Source: Podarcis muralis
Taxonomy: Eukaryota
DNA: 64,000 nt
Reading direction: 5' to 3'
Assembly: GCF_964188315.1 (NCBI RefSeq)
Contig: NC_135668.1
Coordinates: forward strand, 20,026,001 to 20,090,000
A program made the translations under genes and the position numbers. This document shows positions 36,984 through 50,712 of the stretch, piece after piece (within the stretch, counting starts at the first letter, position 1; each line of letters opens with the position of its first letter). A model generated the notes under the pieces. It saw nothing but the letters and a program-made list of their open reading frames with translations, was not told the origin of the DNA and made no database searches.

Positions 36984-39189
36984 TCCACACCCCCTCCTCT
37001 AAATCCTAAGACTCCCTCAAGGGAAGGAAGGAAGACACGTGTCCGGGGCCACTGCGGCAGCCCAAGTCAATTTCAGACAGTAAAAGGTCATAAATTCCAC
37101 TACAGGACTTGGGATTTGTTGTGGTGGGGAAAGCCCCCCCCCCAACCCCGCCATCATCATTTATATTCCAGGTTGGAAATTTAGCCTTCTTCTGTACCCC
37201 GCGAAACACCCCCAAAATCTCCGCAGCTCCTTAGCCAATAACCCTTCTGAAATGAAGAGTCATTTTCTCTCTACTGTGTCTTAAACAAACGCCACGCAAT
37301 AGGAACCGCGATGACCTTACCTTGCCGGAGAGGACTTGGCGACCCCGTCCACTTTGCTGGATCTCAGCTCTCGATCTCTCTTCCTGGGAGGGGGGGTCCC
37401 CTGAGCGTTCCCTCTCCCACAAATGGAGGGTCCTTTTTAGAGCTCCCTCCCTGCGCTCCTCCGTCTCTGTGTCTCTCTGTGCAACTGAAGCTCCGTCGCT
37501 CGTCTCCCGAGCAGAACAACGAAGGCTGGTTTCCCCCCACCGCCCCTCTTCCCTCCTCACCTCAGAGGGAGGCGGGAGGACGAGGAGGACTGCGGGGAAA
37601 TGTCATTTTAGGATGTGGGAAGCCTGTAAGCAGGGGCCATGTGGGGCCAGAGCACCCCACGTAGGTCTATACGTCACCTATAAAAAGCCCCCGGCGCCTC
37701 CTTTCCTCCGAGGCTCCTGGCTGTTGATGCTCGCCTAATAAATATATGAATATCTATAATAACAAGCCTCGTCGCTCTTTTTCCTTTCCTTATAAGAATA
37801 AATGGGGGGAGAGATAACTTACAGACTTGTACTGAGGAAGGAAGAGAGGCAGAGGTTGGGTGAGTGATGGGGAACATCGCTGAAATATTTGGGGTGGGCG
37901 GAGAGGGGCGATAGTTGGCGTCCAAGGATGGAGGGTCCGCAGACTTGGGGGAAAGTTTGGAAGGAGAAAAGGGAGAGGAATCCCAAGTCCTCGAAAAGGC
38001 AGGAAGAAGAGGCGGCGTGGGTCCCAAAAAGCGAAGAGTGGAACTAGGTGGGGGAAACTCTCAAGGATGGGGGTTTCTCTCTTTGCCCCACCTCGAGAGA
38101 GAGAGAGAAGAGAGAGGCGGGGGTCTCCGTCCATCGAGGGGTTTATTCGAGCCCTCCTAGTAGCCCTAGACTGAAGAACCACCTCGAGAAAGCTGCCCCG
38201 TTCTCATTCCAGCCCTGCCAACCGAGTTTTGGCGAAGCGAGCGAGGCGGCGTCCACACGCTCCGCTGGACTGGATTGCGGAGCAAGATGCGGAGCGAGGC
38301 TTCTTCTGTGGCCGCCGCCGCCTTCCGGAGCTCGCGGTCGCCTGTCCCGGTTGGGGCGCTGCCAACGCGAAGAAATCCACAGCTCCCTGCCTGCCCCCTA
38401 ACCTCCGCTCCCCCTTTCCAGTAGTCCAGAGTTTCCCCACGGGCTCAGGCTCCCTCCGCACCGCGCTATCTGGGCATTTCTGCCCACGGGCAGAGCACAC
38501 TAATCCTCACGACTGGGGTGAAGGAACCCGGGGGAGGGATGCGTGCACACCATAAACGGATGCCCCAGTTCGGAGGAAGGGAGAGACGACGAGCAGTTTT
38601 CTGATCTGAGGTCTGCGTCCTCACTCAGCACCGTTTCCCTTACGCACTCAGTTCCATTATTCGCGCTCGCGTGTGTTTGTGTGAAAACACTGTCCATAAA
38701 GAAAAGGCAGACGAGATAGACGGCTGGAGAAAAAGACAGGTCGGTCTAAGTTACACACACACACAACCTGCCTTATAAACACGCCAATAGTTTGGATGGA
38801 AGAGGGCACACCTATTGTTGTGTATGTATTACAGGGACTGTCGATTTACATTCGTATAATTGTTTTTATTTTTTTATAACACGCCTGTGTATGCGCGCAT
38901 CGATCTGTTGGCGTGTACGTGTGACTAAGCGACTGACAGTGACGATACATCATTGCTTTTATTTTTCTCACGCCTGTGTAAATGTGTGCGAGAAAGCACG
39001 TGCTCGTGTGTAGCAACAGTCGCCGCATTTTGGACAGTGACTATCACACGCACACACGTGCGGGTGTAAGAGGCCAATTTAGAATATCCCGTTGCTGTTG
39101 CAATCAAAATACTTCCGTTTCTACACTGGAACAACTTTTCAACACGTAGCTGTCAAAGTCCAGCTTTTCGCCTCCGCCACTTCCCCACC

Positions 39190-39192
<3 letters not shown>

Positions 39193-39230
<38 letters not shown>
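39193..39230. repeat. (CA)n microsatellite
   Basis: Seen directly. Confidence 0.95.
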
Positions 39231-39235
<5 letters not shown>

Positions 39236-42200
39236 GCAAACCAGGGAAAGTTGTCTAATAGAGATTTCCAGTACTTGACGAAGCAATGCTCATGTGAACT
39301 CCCTGAGACGCGAATGGAGCCGAACGTAGTCTCCGCGTTAGGAATGGACAAAACTGCAATACGCATGCACACGTAATATAGCAACTGAATATCCACATTG
39401 TGGATGTGTGATCGCTTTTCTTATCGCTTTTCTTAATATAAACCCCTCCTCAAAAAAAACCCCACCCTTCTCCAGTTCTGTTTTGCAAGTATCATGCTCT
39501 TTGTTTTGCTTTAGTTATTATTAATATATGTATTGATAATAATATATGTATTCAATAAATATATATATATGAAACACCAGAACAACACCGTTTGAAATTT
39601 TAGGTTGTGTTTTGAGTGTTCTCAAATAGCTTGGCTTTATGTACTATATTCTCAAGAAGCAGAAGAACAGAACCAAAACATTGGGGCTGGATCCAACCCA
39701 AAGTGCCAAACTGTCGCTAGTGCTAGTGATCGTCGAAACGGATTTCTCTCTCTCGCTCTCTCTCTCTGAAATCAATGAGACTTCATAGCCCTCAATTTTG
39801 CCATTGTTCAGCTTTTCCATCGCGCCCTGCCCTGGCCCATTTCTTCATCTCCCTTTATAAACCTTTCCTGCCCGGCTTCTCCTGCCAAAGGGCTTCTAGA
39901 AGAGTTTGGTGGAATGGAGATGGTCTGCAACCGGGAGAATTAAACCAAGCTTGGAGCTATGAAATCAAGAGCTCCAGAAGTTGGGTGCCAAATATAATAT
40001 GCCACCAGCAACATCCTAGCATGGTCTGGGAGGTCTCTTTGCCTCCCTCCCCCGACCTAGAAAGGTAAGATTCGGTCTCCCTCCCCTGACAGATCGGATC
40101 CTTTGGCTTATCCAGATCCACATATCCTGTAATGGAATGTCTAGGGACACTTCTGGGTCATCAAGCGACCTTCCTCACCCCCCCTTTTTTTAAGATGATC
40201 CCCTGAGTGAAAAAGGGCAGGGAAATAAAAGCAAGGAGAATGGGCGAAGCTCTTGACCCCTGACCTCCGGATTCTGTTCTTTCCCCACTGAAGCCGCCCG
40301 GGAACAAAAAGGGACCGGTTTGTTTCAATGAGAAAGGGCAGGAGAGGTTAAACAAATTCCCTTTTCTGTCAATTGTCTGGCCTGTTTATTGCAATCACGT
40401 TAAGGTAATATGTTTGTTTACTTCTCTCCAGGGCTGGGTGTCCTCGTCGTCGTCGTTCCCCCCTCCCCAATGCACGCCTTGTTTGTTCTGGGGGGGGGGG
40501 GGAGAAAGAAAGAAAGAAAAAAGAAATCTCCCTTTTGCTGGAAGAGTATTTTCCTAGTGGTGACTACTTCGGGGTTAAATGCTCGACCTCGATTCATATT
40601 TCCCAATTAATTAATTAATTAATTACTTCTAATAGCATTTCACTTAAGAAATGGATTTCTGGAGCAAACCTTATGAAATTTATGGAGATAGAAACCGAAT
40701 TTGTTTTTCTTACACGCACGCACACATCCCTGAATGGTCATTTCTAAATTCTAACCCCGAACAGTTTGGATTGTGTGTGTTTTTTTGGGGGGGAGGGAGT
40801 CGTTTTTTTTAAAAGGTAAATATTGAGGAGCGGGGACGAAGAGAAACTGCACAATGACACACCCCGCAGATTTGGAACATTGTCAGTATCGAAACGGTTT
40901 TCCGCAAGAAGTGGAAATTCCATTGTGACGCCGGAAGATTTTCAGTTTTTAAAAGCGCACTTTTCTTTCTTTCTTTTATACATTATTTCGAGGCAAAAGG
41001 ATGCTGGGGGGGGGGGGAGTAACCGGGGGTGGCATGAGAATCCGGTCGCTTCGCTCCAGGCACCACCGATTTTGCAAGCAAAAATAATTTAAGCAGAATA
41101 AATTCGTGAATTTGTAAATTTTGTTGTTGTTTTTTAAAAAAGACAACATTTACGCTCCCCGCCTCTACAATTTTCTGGAACATTCATCCACTAAGACGAA
41201 ATCGATAACCCAGGAAAGAGATGAGCCTTCCGGTGTATTTTAACCGAAGCAAAATTCTGCTTGTGGATTGTATGAAAAGACGAGCGTTCAATAAATGCAT
41301 ATTTTATTTGTCTGTATGTTTACTCTTTGGCTTAAAATGCTCTTCCTCCTATATTTTAGAGAGTGTATCAGTTTGCAATATCGTAGGACGAGGTGCCTAC
41401 GCAATAAACATGGCAGCACGACTCTTCCGTCTCTAAGCCAAGTTTTCCTCTGACGTTTATAATATTTATATATGTAAATAAATAAATGAATCATACGCCA
41501 ATGCATGCACCCAAAGTGAAACATTCAGACACGTGAAAACAGAAACCCACGGCATATTCACAGAGTTCGCCTATTTAATTAAAGCTATGCATTTATATTT
41601 ATATCCCCTAAAATATTATTCCATCGAGAATCTGATGAGAGTAGGACAAAACCTGCTAAATATATAAGGAGGCTGGCAATGCATAGATGTGCGACATTTA
41701 ATTTTAGGACCCTTCCTGCCAACATCGGTTTTAAAAGGTGAATGACGATTTTTTGTTTTAGGAGTGTTATATATTTCGAAGTATCCGAAGCTATTTTGAT
41801 TGGCAGCTGCTCTGCCAGGTCTGCGGTGAGCAACGGCGGCCCCTAGCGGCCCTTTTGAGAATTGCACGGCTTTGCGTCGCCCAGCTTTGTAGATGTTACT
41901 CCAAAAAAATATGCATTCTATCTTTTTGCTCCTAACTTTCTCCCCGCCACTCTGTCCCAAAACACCCACCATATTTTATGGGCTAAAGTTGAAGCTTTTG
42001 CATTGCAATGCCATCCTAATGCTATTATAAAACCTGGGTTTGCCTTCTCCACCACCCGACGACCAGGCTAAGAGGTTTGTTGGTTTTTTAATACTTGCTG
42101 GCTCGCTTAAGAAAATCTGGAAACGGAAATTTCCCCACGAATTTCTTATTTGCTACTCATCGTCACTGAAGGCTCCAACGGGTTCCACACACACTTCCCT

Positions 42201-44032
42201 GAATAAACCACACTAGATTACAGTGTTTCCGGTGGAATGCTTCATATATATTTTTGCATTTTCCTTAAAGCACAATGGTTTTGAACTGCGAGAATTTGAT
42301 GCCAAAGGATTCACTCCCCCCACAAAACTATCCATAATCACACACACTAAAAGGGCATTCCGATGCTCATATAGATTCCTTTCGTTTCCCTTTACCTCCT
42401 CAAAAAAAGAGGATTTTTCTAGGAGGGGGGCCCCGAAGAGAACAAATAAAAATAAAATAAAATAAATCGACAGACTCGCTTCCATTCTGTTTTCGTGACA
42501 ATCTTTTCATGTTGACCTTTTGGAGATCTTTTCTACCCCCCCCCCCCAAAAAAAAGGAAGCGTTCCGGAAGGAATGGATCAAAATCCCTTTATATAGCGG
42601 GAGAGGCACTGACGCAGGCGTCAAAGCTGCAGTTTGGACTTCAAGGCATACTAACCTACCCCGGGTTCAAACTGCACCACGCCAGTTAATCCCATATACA
42701 CGTGAGAAGCGAAGGGTCCGTTTTGTTGCGCGGAGGGCCGGATTGCTTGTTTGAAAATCCTGGTTCACAAATAAATTCGCTCCCCCACCTCCCACCCCGA
42801 CACTAATTTCCTGCAGCTGTATATGTGCCCGAAATTTGGGACCACTGGGAGACATCATAGCCATGCTGGTCCCAATCCTATGCCTGTTTGCAAATAAATA
42901 ACCCCGTCTCCATGCGCGCTGCAAAGTGCAGGGGATCGCAGTCGTTTTTCCCCGGAAATACTAAACGTTATAAGGGAACACCATCGTCTCCCACCCGTCT
43001 CCACCTCGTCATTATGAATATGCTTTTGCAAACAAGCCTGGTACTTCAATTGTATTTTTTTAGCTGGCAAAGGCCATAGCTGAATGGCGGAGAGAAGGCT
43101 TTGCTTACAGAAGGTCCCAGGACCCACGTTCAATCCCCGATGGGGTAGGAGACCCCTTGCCTGAAACTCTGGAGAGCCGCTGCCAACCAGTGTGGACAAC
43201 ACTGAACCAGATGGCAGCTTCTTGGGGTTCTCTGTGTCTCATCTGAACAGAGAAAGCTATTTTCCACCCGCGATTGTTTAGGATTTTCTGCCTGCCTGGT
43301 GTGCCAATATTTGGGATTTCTGGTGAGGGTTTGGTTGAACAGAATTCATTCTTCCCTAAATATATTCACAGCTAAGCCACCTCTTCCTAAGGCAGGGTTG
43401 GGCAGAAGGTCGATCTGCTGCATCTCCTGGTAGATCTCTGAGTGTTTCGCAGTAGATCGGCAAGGATTTCTGACTCCCTATGACTTAACAAGAGCAGCAA
43501 CAAAACGACCCTACCCGCTAAATAACGCTGCTGCGATACTTTGGTAACTAAGAGTGAGTTTTGGTGTGGCGAGTTCAGTTCAGTTCTGGTCTTCAGAACA
43601 AATTCCGGGTCTTTTGCACCAGGCGCCAATTGGCGCATCAAAGGGTTTCAGTTTGTGTTTCAAAGTAGCTCCCACAAGCCTGAAATCTGCCTTCCTTCGT
43701 AAGGAAGCTGAGCTCTTTCTCGCTGGGAGAAAAGCATTCTGAGTCTGCTTTTTTCCTTGTTCCTTGCTTCAGAGCAAACCCCTTCAGAAATGCCCATGCC
43801 ATTACTCTAGAAAGGAGTCATTCGAAGATATTGTTATCATTCACTTACAAAAACGCCTAGGAGAAGCCCAGATCCTTGCCAAAAGGGGTCTTTTCAGAAA
43901 TCGTGCCAGCTTCCTTGCATTTGCACGACCTCTGCCTTGTTTCCTACACAAGCGAGTATTTTTGCATGAGAGAGAGCATGGAAGAATCCTAATTCAACAA
44001 ACTGATCTGTTAAGGAAATCTTACAACCCAAG

Positions 44033-44068
44033 GGAAGGAAGGAAGGAAGGAAGGAAGGGAGGAAGGAA
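44033..44068. repeat. (GGAA)n microsatellite
   Basis: Seen directly. Confidence 0.9.
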
Positions 44069-46176
44069 ATGAGTTCATATGGGAACAATTGTGATCAATA
44101 AAGCTATAGAGCCAGTGGCATAAGAGTAGAAATCCAAAGATGGGGGGGGGGGGGATGAAGTGATTTCGCCTCTCATTGAATTAGAAGTGTATATAGTACA
44201 CACACAACATATGTATATATTATTATTTCTCTCTCTAAGGAAAAGATATAAAGCTATAAAATATAGAGCCAATGTGTATTTGGAGAGCCATAACATCCTG
44301 GCACCCATTTTCAGCTGGCCTCATGTAGTTGCAATGCCAAGTATCTTTTGTTCTTAGCAGAGGATATAATTCAGCCAAAGTTAAGCATATTTAAGTCTCA
44401 GTGGAAGTAGCTGATTGGTGTTCTGTCGCTTGAAATCAAAGCATTTTTAAAGAAAATGTTTTAACGATGGCTGGATTGTGTCCAAGTAGTTTGATTGGGT
44501 TTTTGTGTGTGTGTTTGCATGTTCTTTCTTTAATGCACTAGACTAGAGAGTGAGATCAGTGATGGCCATTTGAGCAGGGTATGAAAGCTTCCTGTAATTA
44601 TTCCCTTTTAATTTTAGGGCTGGCACAGAATTTCCCTCTCCTGCTCTGTGTGGTCAGAACAAGACCAAACCACTTTCTCTCTTAAATCTTTGATCATCAG
44701 TCGTGCTTTCTGGGGCTGTTGAGAGTTGCAGTCCAGAACATCTGAAGGGCACCGGGTTAGCCAAGGTTGGCCGTAGGAAACAAAACGCATGCCAAGTTTG
44801 TGCCTTTGCCAGCAGAGAGACCATTGCTCTAGTCATGGTTGCAATTTGTTTTATACTGTCTTCAATGCTGCATTTTAGATTTCTGTAACCTCTCCTAGGG
44901 CCTTCTGGTGAAGGGCAGATAATAACCAAGAACAGTTTCAAGACACAACTAAAGGCTGCAAAACAAGCCTTGACTGGCTCTCTTGCGTGAAGTTAAACAT
45001 ATAGAAGCACTACAAGATCCTGCAAAGTGCAAAAACAGGGGTGCCAACTTGAACAAAATATTGGGGGGGGGGCAGGTAAGCCCCACCCTGCATAACTGAT
45101 CACATGATGCAGTGTACAGACACCATTTCAATGACAATGCCATTTTATAAATTTTTCAGTACCTGTTTTTAAATTTTTCAGTACCTGTTTTTCATCTTCT
45201 TTTAACTGATCTTTTTAATTCTTTTATTCATCTTTGTAAAGCATTTTGTGGCTTTCTTACAATCAAGTGGTATATAAATGTTGCGAAATAAATAGTAAGA
45301 TCTGCTGTACCACTATTTTCACTGTGTGTGTAGGGGAGGAGGCAGTCAGCTCCACTGTTGCTTGCTAAGTGTGTCGTGGCACCCTGGGGTGCCTTGAATG
45401 ATGGTTGGGGTGCTGTGGGCAACACTGGCCTCCGTCCCTCTTTCCTTCCCTCCCTGCTCTGCCCTCTTGCGTCTCTGCCTCCCAAAGGCTTGCATAGCTG
45501 TTTGTTGCAGCAGCCCCGGCTACAAGATCTCCAGGTGAATGGTGCCTCTGGGGCTGGTGGGGGAGTGTTGCTGGTTGCCAGCAAGCAAGTGGGTGAGGGA
45601 GTCCAGCCAGCCAGTGAGGGAGTCCAGCCAGCCAGTCCCCCAGCCCTTGCATTTGGGAATGGACAGAAGAGAAGTAGGAGGCCAGGCAGGCAGGCAAGCA
45701 CTGTGCTAGCCTTTCTTTTGCTTGCTGTCTGCAAGGCCTGCCTGGGAGCTCAATGCCCAGTGCTGAAGGGCACCCTTTCCACTATGTAGGCCTGGCAGCG
45801 CCCACTGTTGCCACTTCTGCCTTCCAAGGTAAGGTGTTCACCTTTGGCCAGTTGGACCACTAAGGCTGGGGATATATTCTTTCCAGGCCGCTGTGGGGCA
45901 GTGTGAGGAGGCACCTCTCTTTGGGGTGGGCATGGGGGCAGCTCAGAGACCAGGGGCGACAGCAGCAGCTGCCCAGAGGACTCCTAAGGAGAGGGGAGAG
46001 GAGGCTGAGGGAACCCTCTACAAGGGAGGGTGTTTGAAAAAGGGTGAGAGGCTGCCAGTTCTGCAGGCAAGGGGTGACATAACTGGGTTCCTGAGCCCCA
46101 CAGGGGTGCCGCAGAAACAACGTGGTTGGTCAAGGGAGCCATGGACTCAAAAAGGTTGAAAACCTCTGGTCTAAAT

Positions 46177-46952
46177 TAAGGTTACCAGATTTTTTTCAAA
46201 GAATCCAGGGACACTTTTTTTTAAAAAAGAGAATTTTTATTTTTTTATTTTTTTAAAAGAGAAGTAATATCTTCTCTTCTGTGGTCTCCTCTGTCGCGCG
46301 GCCTTCCTATGGGCCCCAGCCTGCTCTCTTGGAGCGCTAGCCGCTGTGGAGAAGGCTCGGCTTGGGCCTGGGCTCAGCCATGTGTCCTTGCCCTCCCGGT
46401 GCTCTCCTACCTCTCCTTCTCAGCAGCGCGGCAAGGTCGGGGCTCCCCTCTTTTTTCTCCTTCCTCTTTCTCTCTCTTCCTTCTCCTTCTCTCCTCCTCC
46501 TTCTTCCTGCGTTGGCTCTGGGGTTTTTCCTGGCCCCGGAGCACTGCTGGGCAGTCAACTGGATGGCTGGACACTCTCACTCCCGGCTCAATTTGGGTCA
46601 TGGGGAGGGCGGGGGGGTCAGTGGTTTCCCCAGTTGACACGCCAGGCACCCCCGGTTCCTCTGTGGTGGTGGCGACAGTCTCAGCAGCCTGGAGCCAGCC
46701 TGGTAGTGCAGTTGGCTCTGGCTGGCTTCAGGAGCTGCTCACTGCCATGGCGCCCGCCATTTTGCCTCGCCGGAAGTCTCCATATGATGTGTCTTGTGCT
46801 GTTGAAACAATCACACAACATTCATTCCCTACTAATAAATCTACAACACTTAAAATATAAATCTGGGGACATGAAATGAAATCTGGGGACATTCCGGGGA
46901 CGGATTTTGTCCGGGGACTGTCCCCGGAAAACGAGGATGCCTGGTAACCATA
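46177..46952. mobile_element. Non-autonomous hAT element (776 bp) with GC-rich interior
   Basis: TIR TAAGGTTACCAG / CTGGTAACCATA, perfect TSD GTCTAAAT (46169-46176, 46953-46960), and subterminal GGGGAC repeats. Confidence 0.88.
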
Positions 46953-47139
46953 GTCTAAATGGATCATGTCGATCAGCAGTGGGGAACCTGTGCCCACCGC
47001 CCAATGGCTGTCAGACTTCAACTCAACAGTCCCAGCCTGTGGCCAATCGTCAGGGATGATGGGAGTTGTAGTCCAGCAATATCTGAAAGACTCATCCCTG
47101 GCTTGGACATTTTATTCATGGCACCGGAAGCTACAGGAT

Positions 47140-47278
47140 ACCCCATTTTATCCTCACAAGAACCCTGTGAGGTAGGTTGAGAGTGCGTGACTGGCCCAAG
47201 TGGGCATCATGGCTGAGAGGAGATTTGAACCCTGGTCTCCCAGGTCCTATCACGAATCCCTCTAACTACTACACCAAA
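47140..47278 (-). mobile_element. Older MIR/CORE-like SINE
   Basis: cctcacaagaaccctgtgaggtagg...gatttgaaccctggtctcc...actactacacca. Confidence 0.6.
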
Positions 47279-47952
47279 CTGCTGCTTCAGATTTATTCTT
47301 ATCCTTTTTTCACCTTGACTTCCCCTGATCCGTAAGATTGGCCTTTTGTTATTTATGAACTCCTGTATTTTATCCACTTTTGTTTCTATAATGCTGTTTT
47401 TAACTATGCCGTCTTATTGGGGTTTGGTTATTTTTGCAAACCGCTTGGAGATTTGTTGTTGTTGTTGTTTGAAAAAAGGGGAATAGAAAGACATTTAAAA
47501 AAGTAAAGAAATATGTGCTGGTCTGGCTTCAAATTATTTGTTACCTGTTTTTCAACCCTGCTTTTCAGACAATTATTTCCCCCCAAGGTGGCTGACATAG
47601 GGGACCCATGCCATTCTGTTGCCTGAGCCAAAATGGGAAGGTGCCACCATGTAAATGTGCTACCCGCTATTCGCCACCCATTGCCATCCCCACCGAAGCC
47701 TCAGTAACCTGGGTTGTGCAGCTGGGCATCTGAGTGCCAGCAATATCTTGAAAGATCTGCTTTAGGCCTGGTCGATGTATCGATACATTCTCCAAGACTG
47801 GTTTGAGAGCCAGGTGAAGATGGCACTTGGACCTGGCGGTATATCGCAGGTGGGGCTTGCCTACTGGCCGGCGCCTTAACTTCCTTCTCCGACCAAGCAG
47901 GTGGGCTACTTCCTTCACCGCCGTGCCAGGCACTGGTGGCGGCGGGAGTGAC

Positions 47953-48139
47953 NNNNNNNNNNNNNNNNNNNNNNNNNNNNNNNNNNNNNNNNNNNNNNNN
48001 NNNNNNNNNNNNNNNNNNNNNNNNNNNNNNNNNNNNNNNNNNNNNNNNNNNNNNNNNNNNNNNNNNNNNNNNNNNNNNNNNNNNNNNNNNNNNNNNNNNN
48101 NNNNNNNNNNNNNNNNNNNNNNNNNNNNNNNNNNNNNNN
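47953..48139. other. Assembly gap (187 N)
   Basis: Run of N. Confidence 1.
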
Positions 48140-48691
48140 CCAACGACCATAGCAACATAAAACAAGCAATATATGCAATTAAAAAGACTTCACTCCAGAG
48201 CCTCAAGAGACTGGGGCCAATGCTCCTTCCTTTCCAACATCGTGATGTATCACTACATCGTGATGTTTCACTGACGATACATCACGATGTTGAAAACCTG
48301 ATTATCGCCCAGCGCTAATCTGCTTCTCCTCTCTGGCAGCAGGGGGCGTGCTTGCAGAGGTGCACCTCGGATTCCGCGGCCTGTGGCAGCTGCCTCAGTC
48401 TGCTCCACAGATGGACCGGCCCTCATTTCCATAAAATAATGAAGGGAGGGGTGCCGCTACAAGGCTTACAAAGGTGAAATGTACAAGGGTAGGGGACTGG
48501 TGAAATATGACAGAAGGGAGGTCCCAGTTCAAGGCCAGAACACACTGGAGAAGTATACGGGCCATTTATATCCAGCTCAGAAACACCTGCTCGTTTAAAG
48601 CCATCTTATACTGCTTAAACAGCCATTGCTTCCCCTTCTCACACAAAGAATTCTGGGAACTGTAGTTTGTTAAGGATGTGGAGAGCTGTTA

Positions 48692-49208
48692 GGTAAAGGT
48701 AAAGGGACCCCTGACCATTAGATCCAGTCATGACCGACTCTGGGGTTGCGGCACTCGTCTCGCTTTATTGGCCAAGGGAGCCGGCATACAGGTTCCGGGT
48801 CATGTGGCCAGCATGACTAAGCCAGTGGCGTAGCATGGGTTGTCAGCACCCGGGGCAAGGCAAGTAATTTGCGCCCCTTAACCCGTGGATTTGCGCCCCC
48901 TAACCTGTGGATTTGCCCTAACCCCAGATGTTGCGCCCGGTGCGGCCGGCCCCCCCTGCACCCCCCATGCTACGCCACTGGACTAAGCCGCTTCTGGCGA
49001 ACCAGAGCAGCGCATGGAAACGCTGTTTACCTTCCTGCCAGAGCGGTACCTATTTATCTATTTGCACTTTGACGTGCTTTTGAACTGCTAGGTTGGCAGG
49101 AGCTGGGACCAAGCAGCGGGAGCTCACCCCGTTGCGGGGATTCGAACCACCGACCTTCTGATCGGCAAGTCCTAGGCTCTGTGGTTTAACCCACAGCGCC
49201 ACCCGCGT
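48692..49208 (-). mobile_element. Sauria SINE interrupted by a hAT MITE
   Basis: The SINE sequence resumes exactly after the duplicated GACTAAGC. Confidence 0.95.
48823..48980 (-). mobile_element. Second copy of the TTAGGG-repeat hAT MITE (158 bp)
   Basis: 17-bp perfect TIR CAGTGGCGTAGCATGGG; TSD GACTAAGC at 48815-48822 and 48981-48988. Confidence 0.93.
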
Positions 49209-49701
49209 TAGAACACTGCAATTCCCAGCTATACAAAATAAGGCAGGCAGGCAGGTGGGCTTGTAGGAATCAATACTAAGGTTGGCATGACAGTGCTCTA
49301 TTTCCCCTCACGGACCAGCCACCGGTGCCCTTCTGTTCTCATACCACAGGGCAGCTCCTGCCCCAGAGCAAAGCACTAAGGGGATTTGCCCCATGTCTTG
49401 TTCAGGAACTGTACACTTCCTTTCCCCGTCTCAGCAAGGCACACCCCGCCAGCCACAGAGGGTGGCATTCCAATATGTGACAAGTCCCTGGTGTGTGTGT
49501 GTCCTCTGTTTCATTTCAGCTGCTGAGGTTTTTTAACAAATTCCTGGTGGGCTTCTTGAACTGCCCCAGACCCTGCAATCGTCATCTGAGCATCCCCTCT
49601 GTGTGCCCCCTTCCTGGCAGGTCCGGAGGGTGGCAACATGAGAATGAGTCTTTTCAGTGGTGGCTCCCCACTTGCAAAATGCTCTCCCTTTGTTAACCAT
49701 A

Positions 49702-49927
49702 CAGTGGCACCTCAGGTTAAGCACTTAATTCGTTCCGGAGGTCCGTTCTTAACCTGAAACTGTTCTTAACCTGAAGCACCACTTTAGCTAATGGGGCCTT
49801 CTGCTGCTGCCGTGCTGCCGGAGCACGATTTCTGTTCTCATCCTGAAGCAGAGTTCTTAACCTGAAGCACTATTTCTGGGTTAGTGGAGTCTGTAACCTG
49901 AAGCATATGTAACCCGAGGTACCACTG
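49702..49927. mobile_element. Tc1/mariner-type MITE (copy A)
   Basis: TA TSD and the same family TIRs. Confidence 0.9.
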
Positions 49928-49981
49928 TATTCCAGACAGGCATCTATGGGGAGGGGGGTGCGGCGGGTTAGGTCAACTATA

Positions 49982-50207
49982 CAGTGGTACCTCGGGTTAC
50001 AGACGCTTCAGGTTACAGACTCCGCTAACCTGGAAGTAGTACCTCAGGTTAAGAACTTTGCTTCAGGATGAGAACATAAATCGTGCAGCAGCGGCACGGC
50101 AGCAGCGGGAGGCCCCATTAGCTAAAGTGGTACCTCAGGTTAAGAACAGTTTCAGGTTAAGAACGGACCTCCAGAACGAATTAAGTTCTTAACCCAAGGT
50201 ACCACTG
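49982..50207. mobile_element. Tc1/mariner-type MITE (copy B, inverted relative to A)
   Basis: TA TSD; 54-bp spacer from copy A. Confidence 0.9.
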
Positions 50208-50712
50208 TAGTTGTTCTCGTTCCTTCTTTGCCCTGACCTGCCCCTACGAAAGGAGGCCGAGATCACGAAACATCATGGAATCCCAGATGATCTTTTTAGA
50301 CTCACGAGCACCCAGAAGTGGGGGAAATGACAAGTTTTACCAAACTGTGCTGCTGAGGTTTATGGTTGCGGGTCTCCACAACAGCACTGAAGAATGGAGA
50401 AGCAGGCCCGTCCTTCCTGCAGCCACACTCCCCCCCCCCCCGGCAGCTCCCAATATCTAGGAATTGTTATTTAAACCACTTTAAAAGCCAGGGAAGGGAC
50501 CCAGCGCTGCTGTTTACTGGAAGCTTGCCATCTCATTATCAGGAGTGTCTATTTGAAGGCATTCCTCCAGGAAAAAAGCCTAAAGCATTAACTACACAAC
50601 CATTACGGATGGTTATTGGAACATACGTTGGATCGTAACATCGTTATAAGCCAATAATGGCTCATAATAATATCTCACTTTTAACCCCACTTGTCACAGT
50701 CAGAGGCTGAAG

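Noticed and set aside
41838-41856. CTCF-like CCGCTAGGGGCCGC (minus)
   Set aside because: Mismatch in the invariant GGC core; too weak without ChIP data.
45228-46879. Long ORFs (143-183 aa) on both strands
   Set aside because: They lie in or beside GC-rich non-autonomous DNA elements (one bounded by TIRs and a TSD) and have no transposase or other motifs.
47667-48318. ORFs spanning the N-run
   Set aside because: Artefacts of N translated as X.
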